This document shows, piece after piece, positions 59,563 through 64,000 of a DNA stretch of 64,000 nt (its first letter is position 1; the number at the start of each line of letters is the position of its first letter). The position numbers and the translations under genes are program-made. Source of the DNA: Eledone cirrhosa (lineage: Eukaryota). The notes beneath the pieces were generated by a model that saw only the letters and a list, made by a program, of their open reading frames with translations, did no database searches and was not told the DNA's origin. The stretch covers positions 34,162,001 through 34,226,000 of the forward strand of contig OZ024749.1 of the NCBI GenBank assembly GCA_964016885.1, written 5' to 3'.

Positions 59563-62406
59563 TATTTCTTTTATTTGCCACTAGGGCATCAAAAGTGGGA
59601 CAAGTACAAAGGGGGGAGTTTACACAAAAAGGCGTCCTCAATAAGGAGGAGGCAATAACAAAATGTAAAAATAAAATAAGATATAACAAAAAATAAATTT
59701 TTTAACAAAATCCTCAATAGAGAGGAGGCGCCTTGGGGGGTCGCACACACCCCCGAAAAAAGTGTGCAACCCTTCTCCTCAGGAGCACAGAGAAGGGGTG
59801 CTCCCTTGGTCTTTCATCTTCCTCACCTATAGTCTGATGTAGAGTGAAGGCCCATTCACACGGGCCATTCTCGCCACTTTCACCCATCTTTCATAGAAAC
59901 GGCTGGGGTGCAGCACCTCTCTCTCCATCCTGATCCTTCTTCCGAAATGATATCGGAAGAAACGGACCAGTTGTTGGCCAGAGAGAAAGGTGCCCGACCT
60001 CAGTCCTTTCAGACGCGTCCACCATACAACCTCTTTCGCCATGGCTATTACGCACAGAAACACCGCCTCTGCTTCATCTTTGAAGGGGGGAGGCGGCTTG
60101 ATCATTACAATAGACTCGGTGGTCAACCGGATCGGTCCCACCCTTGACAGCAGTTGTTCGACATAGCCCCACAGATCGGCTACGCCCGAGCAGTGTACTA
60201 ATGCGTGTGCAACGGTTTCCTCGTCGCACACGCATCTGGGACAGATCTTTTTGGCGGGGTCCCTACCCGGGCGCCCGTGTCTGTAGAGCCTTTCTCGAAC
60301 GGGTAAAGCCCCTCGGTAGCACTGCCAGGCCAGGGACTTCTGGAAGTTGTCCATAGGTCCCGGGCTGAATGTCCTACCGAACAGGCTGGCCAGTTCGTCC
60401 TCCTCCATGTCTAGGGCTTCTCCGAGGGCGTCGTCGCACCTGCTGCGTACCAGCCCTCTATAGAATGTTGCGGTGGAGTCTCCACTGATAACCGGATCCG
60501 CCTGCCAGAGGGCGGTGAGCGCCTGGGCACACTCAGTGTGCCAGGCGCCCAGTTTTCTCGGTCTTTGCTTGACCCAGGATTGCAGCTCGGTGAGTGAGAC
60601 GAGTCTGGGAAAGGTTCGTCTCACAAACGAGGCCCACACCGGTTGTCCGGTGAGGAATACGTAGAGGTGCCGTAGCCTTAATGCGTGTTTACGCATCATT
60701 AGCCACGGCATCCCCAGCCCTCCTTTCGAAGGGTGTTGACAGCAGATGGATCTCCTCACCATAGGAGCCCGCCTCTTCCAAAGGAATTGGAAGAGCGCGC
60801 GCTCCATCTTGGTGAGGGTTTCCCTTGGGCAGGGCACTACGGTCAGGCGGTAGTAGATGACGGACGCTATGTAGGTGTTCGCCACCTCCGCCCGACCTTT
60901 CAGGGATAGTTTGCAACTGGCCCACTTCTGGGTCAGTGCAAACACCCTGTTCGTAACCTCCGCCCAGTTTTTCTCCACCTGGAGGTCCGGTCCGAACCAG
61001 ACCCCGAGCAACTTCACCGGGCCCTCCATCCAGCGTCCGACGACGCTATCGGAGGGCATCGGTCTGCCCCTCCACGTGCCGAGTTGCAAACCGATCGACT
61101 TGTCCCGGTTCAGCTTAGCCCCTGTGAACTTTTCGTACTCCTCCAGTAAGGTGCCGACCGCCTCGATTTCGGAGGCCGTCGACACCATTACTGTCACGTC
61201 ATCGGCGTAGGCCGACACCGCTTTCCGCAATCCCGGTTCCAAAGGGATGCCCTGCAACAACTCCAACTTCCGCAGTAGTGGCTCGAGAGTCAACACATAC
61301 AGAAGGGAGGAGAGAGGGCACCCTTGTCGGATGGACCGCGCGATTTTGAACGGCTCCGAGAGGTAGCCGTTCACCTTGACCCTAGAGCAGATGCGGCTGC
61401 TGTGCATAGCAGTGATCCAGCCCCTGAAAACGTGTCCGAAGCCTGCCGCCGCTAGCACCGCATCCAGGTAACCATGGTCGACCCTATCGAACGCCTTAGA
61501 TTGATCCAAGTTGATCAGAGCCCCACCAAAGCCGGGTTCGTTCCCAACCCTCTCTATGATGTATCGCATGAGGTGGAGGTTGTCATGGATGGACCTGGAC
61601 GGGATAGCGCATGTCTGCGCATCTCCCACCAGGTTGCCCACGACAAGCGCCAACCTCTTTGCTAGCACCTTGGCCAAAATCTGTAACTCTGTATTTAGCA
61701 GTGTTATGGGCCTGAAGTTACTTATTTCGTCCCCCTTGTTCTCGTCCTTCCTCACTAGCGTGACTACGCCCTTGGTCACAGTACAGGGAATTCTCCCGTT
61801 CTGTTGCCAGTTGCAGTAGACCGCCTCGAGGAGATCGGGGAACAAGTCCGGCATAGCTAGATATAATTCGTAAGGAAGACCATCGAGACCCGGGGATTTG
61901 CGTTTGCCGCATTGGCTCAGCACGTCCTCTATCTCAGCGGCCGAAATCGGCTCCTCGCAGGACTTCGCCTCCCTGTCCGAGAGGCGCGGCAGGCCGTCGA
62001 GGTATGGACCGAAGTCCACGTTCCCAACCGGCTCCCCGCCCCTCCCGAACAGTCGGGCAAAGTGCCTTTGAAAGGCCTCACACATCTGCTTAGGCTCAAG
62101 AATCGCCCGTCCATCCAGGTCTCGCAAAGACCGGATGGTGGATTTAGTTCCACTGTTGGCCTCTGTCACGCGGGCCCAGCTAACAGCTTTGGTCCCCTCG
62201 TTCCCTAGAGCACGTATTTTACTTCGGACAACGCAGCCTTCGTGCTTCGCGTCGAAAAACTGGCTCAAAGCCGTTCTCGACGCTAGCACTCTGGCCACGT
62301 CGCCGCTTCTAATTGCCTCTTCTACTCTATCTATTAGCTCCCTTTCGTTCCTATTCCTATCCGCAGCTAGAACCTTACTAAATTCTATCGAGACTACTCT
62401 AATCTA
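59563..62406 (-). mobile_element. Tx1/L1-clade LINE, 5'-truncated; uninterrupted ORF2 fragment 59827-~62405 with RT and CCHC
   Basis: KSPGLDGLPYE, NFRPITLLN, LDQSKAFDRVDH, RQGCPLS, AYADDV, CPRC...ETVAHALVHC. 19-bp TSD ataggtaaatagatagata at 59544-59562 and 62407-62425. Confidence 0.93.
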
Positions 62407-62414
62407 ATAGGTAA

Positions 62415-62459
<45 letters not shown>

Positions 62460-62460
<1 letters not shown>

Positions 62461-63820
62461 TTCTTTATTTACCATAAAGGCATAAAAAGAAGGGACAAAT
62501 ACAAAGGGGGAGTTTACATACAATCGAGTAAAAAGGGTGTAACATGAAAATAATCGAAAATAACCTCAAAAGAGAGGGGACGTGATGGGGGTTGCACACA
62601 CCCCCGAAAAAGTGTGCAATCCTTTGCCCGGGGAGCACATGGAGAAGGTGCTCCCCTCTCCTTTACTTCTTTACCTACAGGATGGTATACAGAGAAGGCC
62701 CATTTACACGAGCCATTCTCGCCACTATCGCCCACCTTTCATAAAACTGCCTGTGGCCAAGCACCTCTCTCTCCATTCTTATCCTTCTTCCGAAGTGATA
62801 TCGGAAGAAGTAGACCAGCCTATGGCCAGAGAGGAAGTTGCCTGACCTCAGACCTTTCAATCGTGTCCACCAAACAACCTCTTTCAACATGGCTATTACG
62901 CACAGAAAAACCGCCTTTGCTTCCTTTGTGAAGAGGGGAGGCGGTTTGATTGTCATCACGTACTCGGCGGTCAATTGAATCGGCGCCATCCGCGACAGCA
63001 GTCGTTCGGCGTAGCCCCACAGATCAGCCACGCCCGGACATTGCACCAATGCGTGCGCAACGGTTTCTTCGTGACGCACGCATCTAGGGCAAATCTTTTT
63101 TGAGGGATCCCTGCCCGGGCGCCCGTGTCTGTAGAGCCTCTCTCGAACGGCTAGAGCCCCTCGGTAGCACTGCCAGGCCAGTGACTTCTGGAAGTTGTCC
63201 ATTGGTCCTGGGCCGAAAGTCCTACCGAATAGGCTGGCCAGTTCGTCTTCTTCCATGTCCAGCGACTCTCCAAGGGTGTCATCGCCCCTGCTAGCCACCA
63301 GCCCTCTATAGAATGATGAGGTGGATTCTCCACCGATGGCCTGGCCCGCTTGCCAGAGAGCCCTGAGCGCCTGAGCACACTCAGTGTGCCAGTCTCCCAG
63401 TTTTCCGGATCTTTGCTTGACCCAGGACTGTAGCTCGGTGAGCGAGACGAGTCTCGGAAAGGCTCGTTTCACGAACGGAGCCCACACCGGTTGACCAGTG
63501 AGGAATACCTGTAGGTGCCGTAGCCTTAATGCGTGCCTACGCATCATCAACCACGGCATCCCCAGCCCTCCTTTCGAAGGTTGTTGGCAGCAGATGGATC
63601 TTCTCACCATAGGAGGACGCTTCTTCCAAAGAAATTGGAAGAGCATGCGTTCCATGGTGGTGAGTGTTTCCTTAGGGAAAGGCACGACAGTCAGGCGGTA
63701 GTAAGTGACGGACGCTATGTAAATGTTCGCCACCTCCGCCCGGCCTTTTAGGGACAGCTTACACTTGGCCCATTTCTGGGTTAGTGCAAACACCTTGTTC
63801 GTAACCTCGTTCCAGTTCTT
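62460..63820 (-). mobile_element. Second Tx1-like LINE (related subfamily), 5'-truncated; ORF2 C-terminus 62675-63820
   Basis: Clearly homologous but diverged protein. (GATA)n on both sides. Confidence 0.92.
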
Positions 63821-63821
63821 A

Positions 63822-63890
<69 letters not shown>

Positions 63891-63891
<1 letters not shown>

Positions 63892-64000
63892 TTCTTTATT
63901 AGCCACAAGGGCGCAACAAGAAAGGGGACAATACAAAGACATGCCGGGGATTTTACATACAGTCGTGTAAAAAATATAAAAACAAACAATTTCAACAATC
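63891..64000 (-). mobile_element. 3' end of a third Tx1-like LINE
   Basis: tttctttatt.gccac.aggg...ggggacaatacaaag matches the 3' ends at 59565 and 62460. Confidence 0.75.

Overview
Eukaryotic, extremely repeat-rich DNA with no intact host protein-coding gene. The repeat content resembles octopod cephalopod DNA, which is inference from memory. Much of the window is (TA)n, (CA)n, (GA)n, (CATA)n and (GATA)n microsatellite, so almost all long ORFs in the track are artefacts. There is a 200-N gap at 11278-11477. Supported features are one intact tRNA-Thr(CGT) plus a pseudogene copy, tRNA-derived SINEs (one as a 4x194 bp tandem array), RTE LINE fragments and a short non-autonomous RTE derivative, an R4/Dong-like LINE in (AAT)n, a head-to-tail stack of Tx1-like LINEs in (GATA)n, mariner remnants and two Penelope-like (GIY-YIG) 3' ends. 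The main signal is in the short islands between the (TA)n tracts. Many are asymmetric fold-back palindromes carrying type I hammerhead ribozyme motifs, about 11 sequence families and about 19 motif copies folded by eye. One family of 7 copies has a U3-A8 covariant catalytic core, visible in its only long copy. One tRNA-headed SINE-like element shares the same fold-back architecture. These look like Penelope-mobilised, (TA)n-associated ribozyme retroelements. All folds were done manually and activity is untested.
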